Below are positions 11,413 through 24,249 of a stretch of DNA of 64,000 nucleotides, one piece after another. Each line of letters begins with the position of its first letter. Within the stretch, counting starts at the first letter, position 1. The notes under the pieces are model-generated. The model had not been told where the DNA came from. It was given only the letters and a program-made list of their open reading frames with translations, and ran no database searches. Made by a program: the position numbers and the translations under genes. Source of the DNA: Haliotis rubra (Eukaryota); NCBI RefSeq assembly GCF_003918875.1, contig NW_025766880.1, forward strand, positions 930,001 to 994,000, given 5' to 3'.

Positions 11413-14400
11413 CAGGTCTTGACAACTGAACAGTTATCTTTGCCTTTGCATGTGTTTGTGACGGGTGACATTGAGGGGGCAGAGTATACTCGCCTGGTAT
11501 CATCACAAATTGATAATGATTCATTCTAATGAAGAAGTCGAAATCGTTCAGTGGACGTGACTTTTAGCACTGATTTCCTATTATGATGGACCGTTTTTTC
11601 GCCTCTTCTTTTGGCAACTACCTGGAGGACTAGGTCTTGTACTAGCTACCCAAAGGTTATATACAATGCCGTCCGGTAATTCCGCGCACCTAAGCACATC
11701 GATCACAACACGGCAACTAACGTTTCTTATTCTTTGTGGTTTACGTGACTAAACATGCTATATGACTATATGATTCTAACGTTGCATTATGCCATACGGT
11801 TGTCCTTACCGGCGTTCTGACGACATCGCTTGCTGTCCGGTAATTCTGCGCAGCAACTGATGCGCATAACATCCAGCTGGAGATCCGAAGTATGGAAGCG
11901 TATTAGGGCCAGATTATTTTCAAAAATCACTTCATCAATGTAAGGAAGAGTGTTTCATATTAAATCCAGTTATGAATAATGAAGAAAAAGATTTAAAAGT
12001 CTGTCTGAAGAAAACGAATTTTCATAAAACTGTCAAAATGAAATGGCGTTTGGGATATAATTACATAACAAATGGGTGTTGATAACGTTTTTTTGGGCAT
12101 AATTATACTGGCACGCTTTCATTTGAATAATCAATAAATGAACGTCCAATCAATGGGACCTCCTTGCCCCAAGAGTCACGCACAATCACTACATAGCCTT
12201 AATATAATAATGCCACATACATACACCTGAACTCCATGTCGCACGGGCATGCTCTAAGCGCATACAACATAGTGGACAGTATTACCCCGGATAAGGACTC
12301 TCCAGCGTTGCTTAAATGGAACTGAACCTGAGCTTTATGCACAGGAACACACACCACACCACCACCTTCCTCCAATTGAATACATTTAGCATACATTTAG
12401 TGAAGGACAACTATTCACGATAAAGCATTTGCAACATAAAACATGTTGTTAAAGTGACCATTGTTCCATGGAAATGCTTTGCTTCATGTCCATTGGAAGA
12501 ATGGCGTGGAGCTAATTTAAAAGGATTAAGTTCTTTTGTACAATTTCAAATTTGTGCGTATATGATACCTCCTACAGTCCATCGACGGTCATTAGGAACA
12601 ACAAACGGATGTTTTGAATACAGTTTGTATACAGGTCTTGAACTAACCACGTTAATAGAATAATGGATGGGATTATATTGCCAAGAGGTTTTTGTAAAAG
12701 ACTCCGATATGTTTCAACTTTCCAAGTGAAGACATTTGTCCTACTCGATGTGTGGAGGTGAACAGAGATGTTGCAAGAACGTGATGATTGTGCGACTCAT
12801 GACATCCACCCCAAACCAAACATTCAACACGTTAATACTGCATTATTTGCATGGCAGTATATTATCTTATGAGCAAAAATGTTTTTGTGCGCCAGTAAAT
12901 ATATGCGCGCGCGTGTGCGAATTTGTGTGTGTGTTTGTGTGTGAAACAATCAATAATTTAATGTGACTACTGCTGTAAATATACTACGTACACATTACCA
13001 GAAAACCATATCAAAGCGTGTTGTCTTGAACCCCACTAACTCCAAATATGAATTAAGACGATGTCCTTCACTACCAGGACATTGGCTGAAATGTCTAGTT
13101 GGGGCACCTTGCTAGTATTTGACCATTGATAAAAGGTCCAATGCACGTCTCACGCCCGGATTTCGAATTGAGGACCCACGTTTGACTGAAAATCGGAGTC
13201 ATCCTGAGATTACATAAATATTTGCTTGCAGCGAAAAATACATGACGACTGCAAATGCAGATCTGTTTTGTCGCGTGAGCGGGCAACTCATTGTTAACTA
13301 CCTGAGGGAAGTTGACCTTTATCATAAATTGTAGTTATGTAAAGTGAATAACGAAGTGCTTGCGTTCGAATTTGGTGCTATAACAATGTTAATAATATAT
13401 ATGCTTTTGAATAACAACTCATTTGGACTTTGAACTTAAAACGTTTATTAATTCACACTTGATCCCGTCACTATATCGCTGGAATAATGCCGATGTGACT
13501 TAAAACCCAACTCAACATCAACATGTCAGCAATTTATATGTCGTATACTGGGATATACTGCAAGGTAATATGATGGGAAATACATATAAGTGTTTGTGAT
13601 AGCTGGGACATTGCTTCGTTAAACAACAAACAAACAAACCAATGTGACAGCGAGGTCGCGCGCTGATGAGTCATCAGTCTGATAACTTGACCTGTTTGCA
13701 CATGGCGCATGGCGTGGGCTGTTGGGTCGGGATGACATTAGCTGTGCCTATGAAAACAGTTTATATCAAACACTGTTCAAATATAACTGGTTCAGTATTA
13801 GCGCCCATATGCAGAAGACCCTTTATCAGCAATAGGTGATTTAGTGACACGTGTCCTTGATGTTTTGTTCAGCTTATGAACAGTTTTGTGATGATTTCTG
13901 TTTTGTTTTGTTTTTCCTGGCTTAAACTGAACTGCAAAACCCATACCGTGACGTCATCGTAATTGCGTAATGCTTAAAAAACATTTAAACCCAATAGATT
14001 TAGTCACTCAATCAATTTAATATGTATTGTAACATTTCAGATATACCCGTATAAAACTGCCCCAACAACTATTGATGTAGGGAGAGGTGCGGTCACACCC
14101 CTGAAGTGCACTGCCAGAGTCAAGGCAATATACTAGATTTATGGTCACCCATAGCGCCTGAAACAAATATTCACTCATTGAAATGACATTTAGGACCAAA
14201 CACTAACTCAATAGTCTACCATACGCATAATTTAGAACGACTGAGACATATATTTACATCCTGCCATTTGAAAGTGTTTTTCAACAGATCCATCACATAA
14301 CGATTTTATGATTAAAATGTAATGAATTGTACAAACTTTATTTTGTATTGAAAGGATCAAATCACTACATCCTTTTGATCACGTACCTGAGCATATTTAG

Positions 14401-15352
14401 AAACTTTGAATTCTGTGATGAGAAAATGCCATTTTGTTGCATATGTTGTAATACTGTTGGAATAGTACATCGACTGTCCTTTCGGCAGATAATGGTTATT
14501 TGGACACACAGGTAGTGAAGTGATTTTTGCATTATTTCTTAATGGTTGAATTGCCCGTGCAAACAAACAGGAACACAAAGAATGTTTTAACTTCTGTATC
14601 CGCCTCCTTCATCCAGACGTCCCTGTCTGTCTGTCTGCTTGTTTATCTGTCTGTACAGTCCAATAACAACGAAATGGCTTCTTTCTCAACTACTGAACAT
14701 TTGTAGGAATATTGTGCACGAATATAGAGGTTTCTGACATGCATAAGGTTTTTAATTGAACTGTGTCTTTTTAGTTTTGATTAAACTTGTCATTGATTTC
14801 CCCCCTTTGAAATTATTTCTAAATCAACATTTACAGGGGTTGCTGTCTGAACAGGTTCTTCAGTTATTGCGTTTGGTAACGTATCTTTTGCGAAAGGTAT
14901 ATTATCAATTATGTCATATATCATTTATGAATAGAAGAAATAATGACAGCCAAAACAGCGATCCATCAAGTGGTATTCAATATAATCAGTCTGGGTAAAA
15001 TCCAATTACATTTTGGTAACCACGCTGTTATCGCTGGAGGCGTTCAATGCCTATTTCTGCACATTTAAAAAAAATAAATTTCACGTACATTCACGTACAC
15101 TGCCCATTTGGGGACAGGTATAGGTGAAGAATTTTTCCACATCTATTGAAATATGGAACTTTGAAGTGACTTATTAAAAGCTCATTTAGGTATTGCATTA
15201 CGCAGCTGTTATTATAGGGAAAGTATTGTCCATTCCATCTGGGTCATTGTCTGTGTTTCCAAAAATGAGAGAGGCATGTCTTGGACAAAAGAGTGAGGTA
15301 GTGTTACACTGATACGATATCGTGTAATTTGTCGGTGTGTGGTCCTGTGCGC

Positions 15353-15710
15353 AGAACTCAGGTCACAATCAGCTGAGGTGATTATAAGCAACGTTGGGCG
15401 TGGAGTGTCCTTGGGTGGGTGACCGTGTTTGGCAGCTTGAGTCCTGAGAGTTTCTAGGACTTCGTTCCAGTCCCATAACGAAGCACATGTGATAGATGTG
15501 GTCTCACCTTAGGCAAGTGAGTAATTTGGGTACCTGGTATATAGGATGGCAGTCTAAATTTGAACCTTGAGGACCTGACAGGCGACCTGTTGTGTTCTCT
15601 TCAGGGAGTGTTCTGCCCTCATTTACCAGGGATAATATGTCAGCGCTTTTAGCAAGCATTGTGCATGGATAAATGCGCAATATAAACATACTATTATTAT
15701 CATCATAATA
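15353..15710 (+). mobile_element. Decayed 5S-rRNA-headed SINE (SINE3-like) with an L2-type tail
   Basis: TAAGCAACGTTGGGCGTGG..CTTGGGTGGGTGACCG resembles the 5S A/IE/C boxes; the 3' end reads AGCGCTTT...GCGCAATATAAA..TATTATTAT. Confidence 0.55.
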
Positions 15711-15764
15711 ATGCAATTGCGTCACAATCAAATCACATTCTCTAATTATAGCAACAGGCAAGGG

Positions 15765-15963
15765 AGTGAGTGAGTTTACTTTTACGCCACACTCACCAAT
15801 ATTACAGCTATATGGCGGCGGTCTGTAAATAATCGAGTCTGGACCAGACAATCCAGTGATCAACAGCATGAGCATCGACCTGCGCAATTGAGAACCGATG
15901 ACATGTGTCAACCAAGCCAGCGAGCCTGACCACCCGATCCCGGTAGTCGCCTCTTACGACAAG
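15765..15963 (-). mobile_element. SINE family B (core CTTGTCGTAAGAGGCGACTAACGGGATCGGG)
   Basis: High-identity copies also at about 23052-23260(-), 23725-23962(-), 25263-25515(-), 30090-30340(+), 32265-32425(-), 37140-37255(+), 41468-41681(+) and 53605-53845(+); tails are (ACTC)n or (AAAC)n. Confidence 0.85.
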
Positions 15964-17289
15964 GGCAAGGGAGTGAGTGAGTTAAAATTTATAGTCACAT
16001 TGGCAATATTTCAGCCATATCGTGACTAAATCATGTTATAGATTGACAATGATTAAAAGTAAATTATAGACACCTGTCAACTAAGGACAGTAAACAACTA
16101 GATTATCACAGATATTAATTTAAAACTAGTAATTTAATCTAAAATAACATAACTATGCATGACGATACAATATATAATTCAAGCTATAGATCACCAACAA
16201 CTGAAGGTAGATCACCATACTAGGGGCCATGGGGACTTACAGTACCTTTGCTTCCTGCATGGATCAGCAACAGGCAAGGATACTACAGCTACCCCTGGTA
16301 CCCCAGATACTTTTCTGTATACATACACCGTAGCCAAAATCAGAATACTGAATTTACCCTAAGACGAGTTCATTCCGCTTCGCGCAGAACCGGCTTCTTG
16401 AATGACTACGTATACGTCACTTCCTGGATATGTCAAAACGCGGTAAAATTAAACATGTAAGTTGGGAAAGCTTCCAGAATATCTTCAAAACTTAGAGAGC
16501 TGTTAGTAAAAGATCGTGTAGTGAGGGTGATCGTGTAGTGATGGTGAATATTTTCTAGTTTGCCAGAGTACACGTTAATCATCAGTTCAAACAAAATATA
16601 CTGTTTAATACACCAAGCATAAATGTCCTCTCACATATATATAAGATCATCCACCCATCCATACAATGTTCTCAGGAAACGTGGTTATGTTTTCCATAGG
16701 AGTACTTAATTTTGTACAAAAGTATGTATTTGTTTCATGATTATACTGAAGTCAAAATGTTTCTGTTTCAGATGAAGTGTATTGATCCCTATAATTATTG
16801 TTTATTGAAGTACAAGTTGTAAAGATATTTCTCATCCACTCCTCAGAACTGAATAGCTCTCATGGTCGTTTGCAGTTTTCCATAAACAAATGTCAACTTC
16901 AGAAAGTCCCTACGTATAAAGGTAGTGTGTGTTTGGCAAGAGTTCCACAACACAGCAGAAACATTATAAAACACCCATGTCTGCGACAGTAGTACCAATG
17001 TTAACTTAACAAATACCCGAATATTAAATATGATGTGATCTTAATAAAACACCTATGAGTGTTCACATCATCTGCTGTATGTATAGAGTAATCAAAGAAT
17101 ACAGGTTTGAAGAGCAATATATTTTGTTGCACAGTTTCCGTCTCTGTAACACAGAGACAGTGACTTGTGAAAGTTGAAGGTGTCTGGTACGAGTCAACAA
17201 AGTCGTCTCCAGTACTCTTCTATGAGATCAATTCGACTGCGTTATAACAGAATAACGCGCTTACACAGTGAGGAACACCAATAAAGCAT

Positions 17290-17610
17290 AAAACTTTATG
17301 GATAACAACTTCTTGTTTTTTGCATAGTGAGTGAGTATGTTTAGTTTTACGCCGCTGTTAGCAATATTCAATCAATATCACGGCGGGGGACATGGGTTTC
17401 ACACCTTGTATCCATGTAGGGATTCGAACCCGGGTCTTCAGTGTGATGAGCGAACGCTTTAACCACTACTCTACTCACTGCTCCGTTTTTTGGCATTGAG
17501 CGACGTTTCGGTGTAGATTCTTGAACCGTTCAGAGCTCACTTTTAGCATGAAAACGGTGTAAGAATCCACGCCGAAACATCGCTCTGTGCAATAAACAAG
17601 TTAGTAACCA
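17290..17610. mobile_element. Palindromic Penelope-pLTR-like element with back-to-back decayed hammerhead motifs, interrupted by a SINE
   Basis: Terminus AAACTTTATGGATAACAACTT is shared with 32717 and 43843. Inverted motifs CGGT..AAGAATC..(A/G)CCGAAAC(G/A)TCGCTC at 17498-17538(-) and 17546-17585(+). Confidence 0.65.
17327..17484 (-). mobile_element. SINE family A copy (tRNA-Asp-like head)
   Basis: Reverse complement of the family A sequence at 22815-22978; another minus copy at 18799-18940. Confidence 0.8.
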
Positions 17611-17649
17611 GTATGTCGTATGTTTTATTATTGACTCACCATCTTCTAG

Positions 17650-17792
17650 AATGCCGATCAAACAATTAGTGACGAAACTGATGACAAGGCCGTGAGGGCT
17701 TTGTGCGGATTGACATGTTGGTGAAAGAAAGTTTTTGACTTGACATAACCTCACGTTTGTGGAGTTTAGGGTGATAGTTGGGTTCACGGACA
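17650..17792 (+). pseudogene. Relic of GST exon 4 upstream of GST3
   Basis: Reads MPIK..ETDDKAVRAL/RIDMLVKE/KFLT*HNLTFVEFRVIVGFTD, followed by the same ATGTGGAATTGAC junction as the relic at 6044. Confidence 0.7.
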
Positions 17793-17938
17793 TGTGGAAT
17801 TGACTCAATGTTAGTTAATGTCAAAAGATAGAGAGCAGAAAGTGTCGTCTGCCCAACGGCCGAAGGTGTCGTCTGCTAGCACAAATTGTTCTTATTGAAG
17901 TGTCTTCCACAGCAACGACAGAACCTCAAGCATTCATT

Positions 17939-17978
17939 CACCTGATGAAGGAGTAAGCATATACTCGGAAACGTTGTG
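17939..17978 (+). ncRNA. Minimal type I hammerhead ribozyme motif (Penelope-type)
   Basis: cac-CTGATGA-ag-GAGTA-agcata-TACTC-g-GAAA-CGTT-gtg: canonical core boxes, a 5-bp stem II, palindromic ACGT stem III and a 3-bp stem I. It lies within an insert of about 130 bp (17929-18056). Confidence 0.65.
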
Positions 17979-19436
17979 TTCCTCGTAATGAAGAAGCTGA
18001 TATTCATAAAACTCTCTTTGTTATGTGTACCACTTCTAAACACCATTAAAGACCTGAAGGACAGAACTCATGGGAAATCCTCGCCTAAAGCGCTAGCGCA
18101 TATCCCCTGTTTGTACAATAAACAGCCCACGCGGTGACCCACTTCACAGTGCTGCTCAGATACAGACGACGCGTCTCGTATGGAGCTTGGCCTCAGCTAA
18201 CATGGCGAACATTCAGGTATATTACTTCATGGGAAGCCCGCCATGTCGCGCAGTCTTCATGACAGCTAAGGCTCTTGGTGTACCACTTGAGTTGAAAGAA
18301 CTCGGCTACTTCAAAAAGATCATCTTCAGCCAGAGTATACAAAGGTGAGTGAATGCGCCACAGGCACCAGGCTAGTGTCCCCGGGCCGTCTCTTAGTGTC
18401 CCCGGGCCGTTAGCATAAGAAAGTGGTAAGTTAATGTTAATGTATGGCACTTACGACTATCTTAACGCTAAGAGAGCTTCGAAAATCTAGGCCCAGAAGT
18501 CCATCACTGGCATCAGTGGATCAACAACACTTTATTCGGCGTCTAAATGTGTAATAATATAAATGCAGCAACGGTCAGGCAGCATCCGCAAGGCGACAGT
18601 CAGTTCACAATGCCTAGTCTTAAAACAGGAATTTATCGTATAAACTACCGACTGTCAGGCAGCCCTATATTACGGTACATGTATGGTCGGCCCGCAGTAT
18701 TCAGCAATGTTAAACCTCCGAGACCGACCGGCCATACCCTAAATTTAATTACACGCTGCTGTTATTTCATTTATATTGACAACACTCTGAAGATTTGGAG
18801 TGAGTGAGTTGGGTTTTACACCGCTTTTAGCAATATTCCAGAAATATTAATGCGGAGAACACCAGAACAGGGCTTCACACATTATACCCATGTGGGGAAT
18901 CGAACCCGGGCCTTAGGCGTGACGAGCTACTAGGCTACCCTTGATACACCATCAAATGTGTTGTCACAGCGACCATTGAAAAACATGATAATGCTATACT
19001 TTGAAATAGATTCGTCCACTGAACCGTAAATTTTGTTTGTTTAAAGACATTAGCACGAACTGACCTAAAATCATTCCACTATCAAAATTTATGACGGCAC
19101 ATACGTAATCGGACTGCGACTGCGAAGTCGAGAAATGGTAAATCATTCGCCTGACAGCTGACCTGTTTGTGGTACGGCAGCCTGGCCAAGATAACCCAGA
19201 TTTATGGGTCAGGATGCCGATAGTTTTGCCAATGAAATCAGTTCATATAAAATTATGTGCGAAGATAACGGTTTAAGAACTGTGCTAACCTCCCGTAGTC
19301 TATATGTGAGCAACAAGTAGACGAATGATAAGTGTCCTTCGTATTCCACACAGCTTGTAATCTCTGATAATTCCAGTGAACTAGCAGCGTTTCAGCTTAA
19401 CGTGGAAGCGATGGAAGTCCTACAATGTTTATCCAC

Positions 19437-19948
19437 TTTCTTTGTACAGTACAGATTCTAGTACTTTTGTTGGGTTGAGTCCCATCCGGGATTCGAACCC
19501 AAACCCTCAGAGTCAGGCACCTAATCACCAGCACACAAAGTCAGACGCCAGCACACAAAGTCAGACGCCTAGACCGCTCAGCCGACGCGGCTTCCACAAA
19601 TATAATATAACAAATGTTACATTTGACTACTTTCTAAATGGCATTGTGTATTTCATAGCTTTCGGCCGTGGGAGCCGTGCCAATAAACACTTATCAGAGG
19701 GGTACAGTCCGCAGTCTAGACTACCAGTTGTCCGACTTCCATTTTGTGGAAGCCGCGGTGGCTGAGCGGTCTAGGCGTCTGAGTTTGTGTGCTGGCGATT
19801 AGGTGCCTGACTCTGAGGGTGTGGGTACGAATCCCGGATGGGACTCAACCCCCCAAAAAGTACTAGAATCTGTACTTTACAAAGAAAGTTTAATCCCAAA
19901 TAACAAATGTTACATTTGACCACTTTCTAAATGTCATTGTGTATTTCA
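19437..19948 (-). mobile_element. Composite element: inverted tRNA-like arms, a 50-bp direct repeat and a decayed hammerhead-like motif, with 13-bp TSD
   Basis: AATGTTTATCCAC at 19424-19436 and 19949-19961; arms 19435-19600 and 19742-19889; repeat blocks 19606-19655 and 19900-19948. Confidence 0.75.
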
Positions 19949-19988
19949 AATGTTTATCCACAAACTTGGGAGCACTCTTCAATGTAGA

Positions 19989-20096
19989 GGGGCGGTGGGG
20001 TAGCCTAGTGGGTACAATGTGTGAAGCCCATTTCTGGTGTATCCCTCCGTGATAATGCTGGACTATTGCTGAAAGCGGCGTAATACTTAACTCACT
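19989..20096 (+). mobile_element. Internally deleted SINE family A copy
   Basis: 16-bp TSD CACTCTTCAATGTAGA at 19973-19988 and 20097-20112; the B-box segment is missing. Confidence 0.85.
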
Positions 20097-22814
20097 CACT
20101 CTTCAATGTAGATGATGAGAGGTAAACTCCAAAAGTTCAGCGGAAGGGCGTTTACCCCAAGGCCTCCCTGTTATCATTCAGTTAGGGCAGGGTTTGAATT
20201 TTATATTTAGTCTTTTTATGATCTTTAATTCTTTCTATCAAATGACCTGTTTTCACCACTACTTGTTTTAAATGTTCGTTCAGAATGTCCAGAGTGTTTG
20301 CGTCGCAGAATCAAATGCAAGGAAAATAGCGAAAGGTCACTGTGATGGTTTAACGTTTTGATTATTCACTCAATCTGATAAACTGTATGTTTCAGATAAA
20401 CCCGGATCAAATCGTCCCAACAATGATAGACGGAGACTTCATACTGGGGGAGAGGTAAGATCTTATGATCGATGTCAAGGTAACTTTGCGTCCACCTATC
20501 TCCTGTAACAATTAAGCACTGACTAAAGTTAAAATTAAAAGGAATCGAAAAAAAATTATCATTACAAATGGAACACTCGGGCTAAGTAATGCAGTCTTAA
20601 CGATTTCTGAAACAGTTACATACTTCAATCGATCCGGCACATAGAAATGTATGTGGTCACCATGCAGGTCATCATGAATATTGTTAGGTATCAATTCTCA
20701 TGTTCAAACACAATGTTAATCTGAATGAACCTACAATGACACACCAAAATACAGTGGCAGTACAAATTCAATGTTTATAAAATGCAACGGCAATTAAATA
20801 CATAAGCAGTGATATTGACAATAAGAGACAATGAAGGTAATATGTACCTTGCTACAACACTGATGCCCAGCTCGTCTTCTTTGCATGGATGACAAAGGAG
20901 ACGCCAATTTAACAGAACAAGTTCTGCTTGTCAAGTTGGTAGCAGGTTATTCACTATATACTGGTCCATATTTGAAAAACTATTATTGTCAACATGGAAA
21001 TTATATCACCAACAGGTTGTTAGCATTGTTATAAGTTTAGGAAGCCAGATATAGTGGAGTTTGCATTATAATGTCCACGTTCTACAACACCTCCCTAAAA
21101 AATCAATAACAGGTGTAAAACCAGTCCATATAGGAATTGCTGATGATTCTTGAACTTTGTGGGAGATGCTGTTACTTTATGATCGGTGTGGGAGCTCTCC
21201 GCGGGTAGCGAAGATGCATATTAAGACGACTCTATACTTTTAATTCCACAGCCGAGCTATCATGCGCTACCTGGTGGGGAAGTTTGGGGGTGAGGACAAC
21301 AGCCTATACCCCCGGGACCTCCAGAAGAGGGCGGAGGTGGACCGTCTACTGGACTATGATCTGGGGGTCTTCTTCAGAGTCATTTTGGAGGATCTGGTAA
21401 GTACACAAGCATCGTTACATTGTTCGTGTTGAACAGGCTGTATTCATGCAATATTTCTGAGTCAAATAATGTGTCATAGCTTTATGGGAAAGAAAGTGTT
21501 CAAACTGCCATCTAGTATTAAACGATAACTAATAGCTCTGCTTCTTTAAATGACTGAGCATTTGTGAGAAGATAAATCTATGATCATTCACCGAGTATAT
21601 TGTTTGGAAAATCCCCCATTCACGCGTTCAGTACTATGAGTTCCTATTTCAGTGGCTGCCATTCAGAGACAGAACTCCGAAGACAAAAGAACATGAAGAG
21701 AAAATCATCAAGGTTTTCACACGGATTGATACACTGCTCAAGGATAAGAAGTTCCTGACCGGAGATAACATCACTATTGCCGACTTTTCGATAGTGGCTG
21801 CCTTTACAACCGAGCTAGTCTATGAAGGGGATATGTCCAAGTACCCAAATGCCATAGCATGGTACAAGAGAATGCAGGAATTACCATACTTCAAAGAAGT
21901 GAATGAGAACTTTTATGAATGGGTGACCAAAGTGAAGACGCTTCACGCTGAAAAGTCATAAAGTATGAAAATATAGGTCCGAGTTGCAATGCTTTTGCAA
22001 ACACCTGATGTTATGATTTTCAGTATTGCATTCACATTATTTCACCGTCATATTGCCAGTATATTCTGATTTGGAAATTTGTTATTGACGTTTTTTGACC
22101 ACATACCATGAGTAATGTCAGATTTGAAAGTTATTATATCAAAATACGAAAAACGTAATAAATTATCTCATGCAATGTAACTGATGCACCGTTACAGTTA
22201 CTTCATATTTCCGTCATTTGGTATGACCCGGTGCTATATGTTCCCATATCTTGCCTTTGCGTGCATTTGCCATTGGTTGGGCACCGTTACCTGGCATCAT
22301 CACGACTGGATAGAGATTCATTAACACATTCTCAGGAAGAACTTGGAATCATGCAGCTGCCATTCCCAATGATAATGGAAAGGAATCGGCCTCTTCTATT
22401 TTCTACTCTCTGGAACAACCTTTCTTGTACTAACTATGCAAAACAGGATTTTTTGTATCGTGAATTTATCAAAATGGTCAATGTCATATATCTAAAAAAA
22501 TACACATGAATGTTTGGGATTTAATTCCATAAAGAAGGGGTGCTCATAACCTTTTTTCAGGTAATATGTTTATTGTATGTCTCAATTCATTTATCAATAA
22601 ATAATCACAATTATACTCATGAACTTTTTATGATTGTCAATACAGAATGCCTTTTAGAAAGTGATCAAAACTAACAAATCTTATGTTTGGAATCAAACTT
22701 TCTTAGTACGGTACAAATTCAAGTAGTTTAACGGGCTAAGTTTCGTCCAAATCGCCCACACAAAGCCAGCGATCTAACCCCCTTTATAACAGTACGGTGT
22801 CTTCTTAGTGGCTA

Positions 22815-22978
22815 GGGGCGGTGGGGTAGCCTAGTGGTTAGCGTTGACTCGTCACGCCCAAGACCCGGGTTCGAATCCCCACATGGGTACAATGTGTGCA
22901 GCCCATTTCTGGTGTCGTTTCCGTGATGTTGCAGGAATATTGCTAAAAGCGGCGTAAAACCAAACTCAGTCAGTCAGT
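22815..22978 (+). mobile_element. SINE family A, full length (tRNA-Asp-derived head)
   Basis: A box TAGCCTAGTGG, CTCGTCACG anticodon-like loop, B box GGTTCGAATCC, body GCCCATTTCTGGTGTC...GGAATATTGCTAAAAGCGGCGTAAAAC and a tetranucleotide tail. Confidence 0.88.
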
Positions 22979-24249
22979 CTTTGTGGCTAATGTTTAGAAT
23001 GATCCGAGCTCGAGTACACCAGCCCAGTCATGTCCCGCAGGTGTCGGTTAGTGAGTGAGTGAGTTTAGTCTTACGCAGTAGTCCAGCGATATGGCGACGG
23101 TCTGTAAATAATCGAGTCTGGACCAAAACATCCTGTGATCGAAAACATGAGTACGATTTACGGAACTGGGATACGATGACATGTGTCAACCAAGTCAACG
23201 AGCCTGACCACCCGATCCCGGGTTACTTTAGATCAATTCTAACCCGGATCTTCAAGGGTGGGTGTCGGTTAGGGGTGCAGGTCGTTGATTGTACTGATTG
23301 AAACATACATAAATCAAACATGAATTTGTGTAACTAATGTTTCGACCCATGTTGTGTTGATATAGCAAACACAGTCAACCATTCATACAACTTTCTCTTC
23401 TTTTTGACTTTGACGCTCAGTGAAATCTGTTTTAGAAAATTGTTCATTCTTGGGTTTGGGGTTATATCATCTTTTGTTTTGTGTAATGTGAAACCGTATC
23501 CACTGACACTGATTGGGTGTAGAGATATATTTGTAGTTATATCCTTTTTACCCTCTTTAATTGCCGTTTAATAGTTTCTTTACCTTTAACAATTTGCTGC
23601 TCGTAAAGTACACTCATTGGAGTTATAAGTCTGGAAAACCAACGGTTTTACAGGCTCTTTTACCATTTCTCTTTGGTTTATATTTTCTTCAGTGAAGAGA
23701 TAAGTTGCCGAACAACATGATGTGGAGTGAGTTTAGTTTTACGCCGCACTCGGCAATATTCCAGCTCTATGGAGGCGGTCAGTAAATAATCGAATCTGGA
23801 CCAGACGATCCAGTGATCAAGAATATGAGCATCGATCTATGCAATTGGGATACGATGACGTGTCAATTAAGTCAGCGAGCATGACCACCCGATCCGTTAG
23901 TCACCTCTTACAACAAGCATGGGTTACTGAAGATCAATGCTAACCCGGATATTCACGGGTCTCATTAGTGCAAATGATAAACAGTACCGGAGAGATTACA
24001 CAACCCTGCAGTCTAAATGGAAGTTTGTGGGAGATTGGAAGTAACGGTGGAGCGAGTGTCATTGACAGTGGCAAACGGATCCTGTCAATCACAAAGGATT
24101 GTATACGTTCACAACATTGAGGCCCTGAAATATTAGCTGACACGCAAACTCTAGCTGACACACCAATCTCCCCTCGCTCGACCTATAGATGTATCCCATG
24201 GCCTACATTTGACACTACGCTGCTTAGATAAAGACAGCTTGTGTTAGTG

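Larger units (their letters stand above)
18202..21961 (+). pseudogene. GST paralogue 3 with a 1-nt deletion in exon 1 (pseudogene or assembly error)
   Basis: Exons 18202-18344 (143 nt versus 144; A5 run at 18313-18317), 20396-20454 (LGES in place of LWES), 21252-21396 and 21653-21961; otherwise open and spliceable. Confidence 0.8.

Noticed and set aside
17741-17745. In-frame TGA as selenocysteine in a GST-like frame
   Set aside because: It replaces a conserved Gly (GGA to TGA) in a frameshifted relic.
22815-22885. tRNA-Asp gene (also tRNA-like sequences at 19745, 42802 and 62510)
   Set aside because: No proper acceptor stem or terminator, and each runs into a SINE body and tail.
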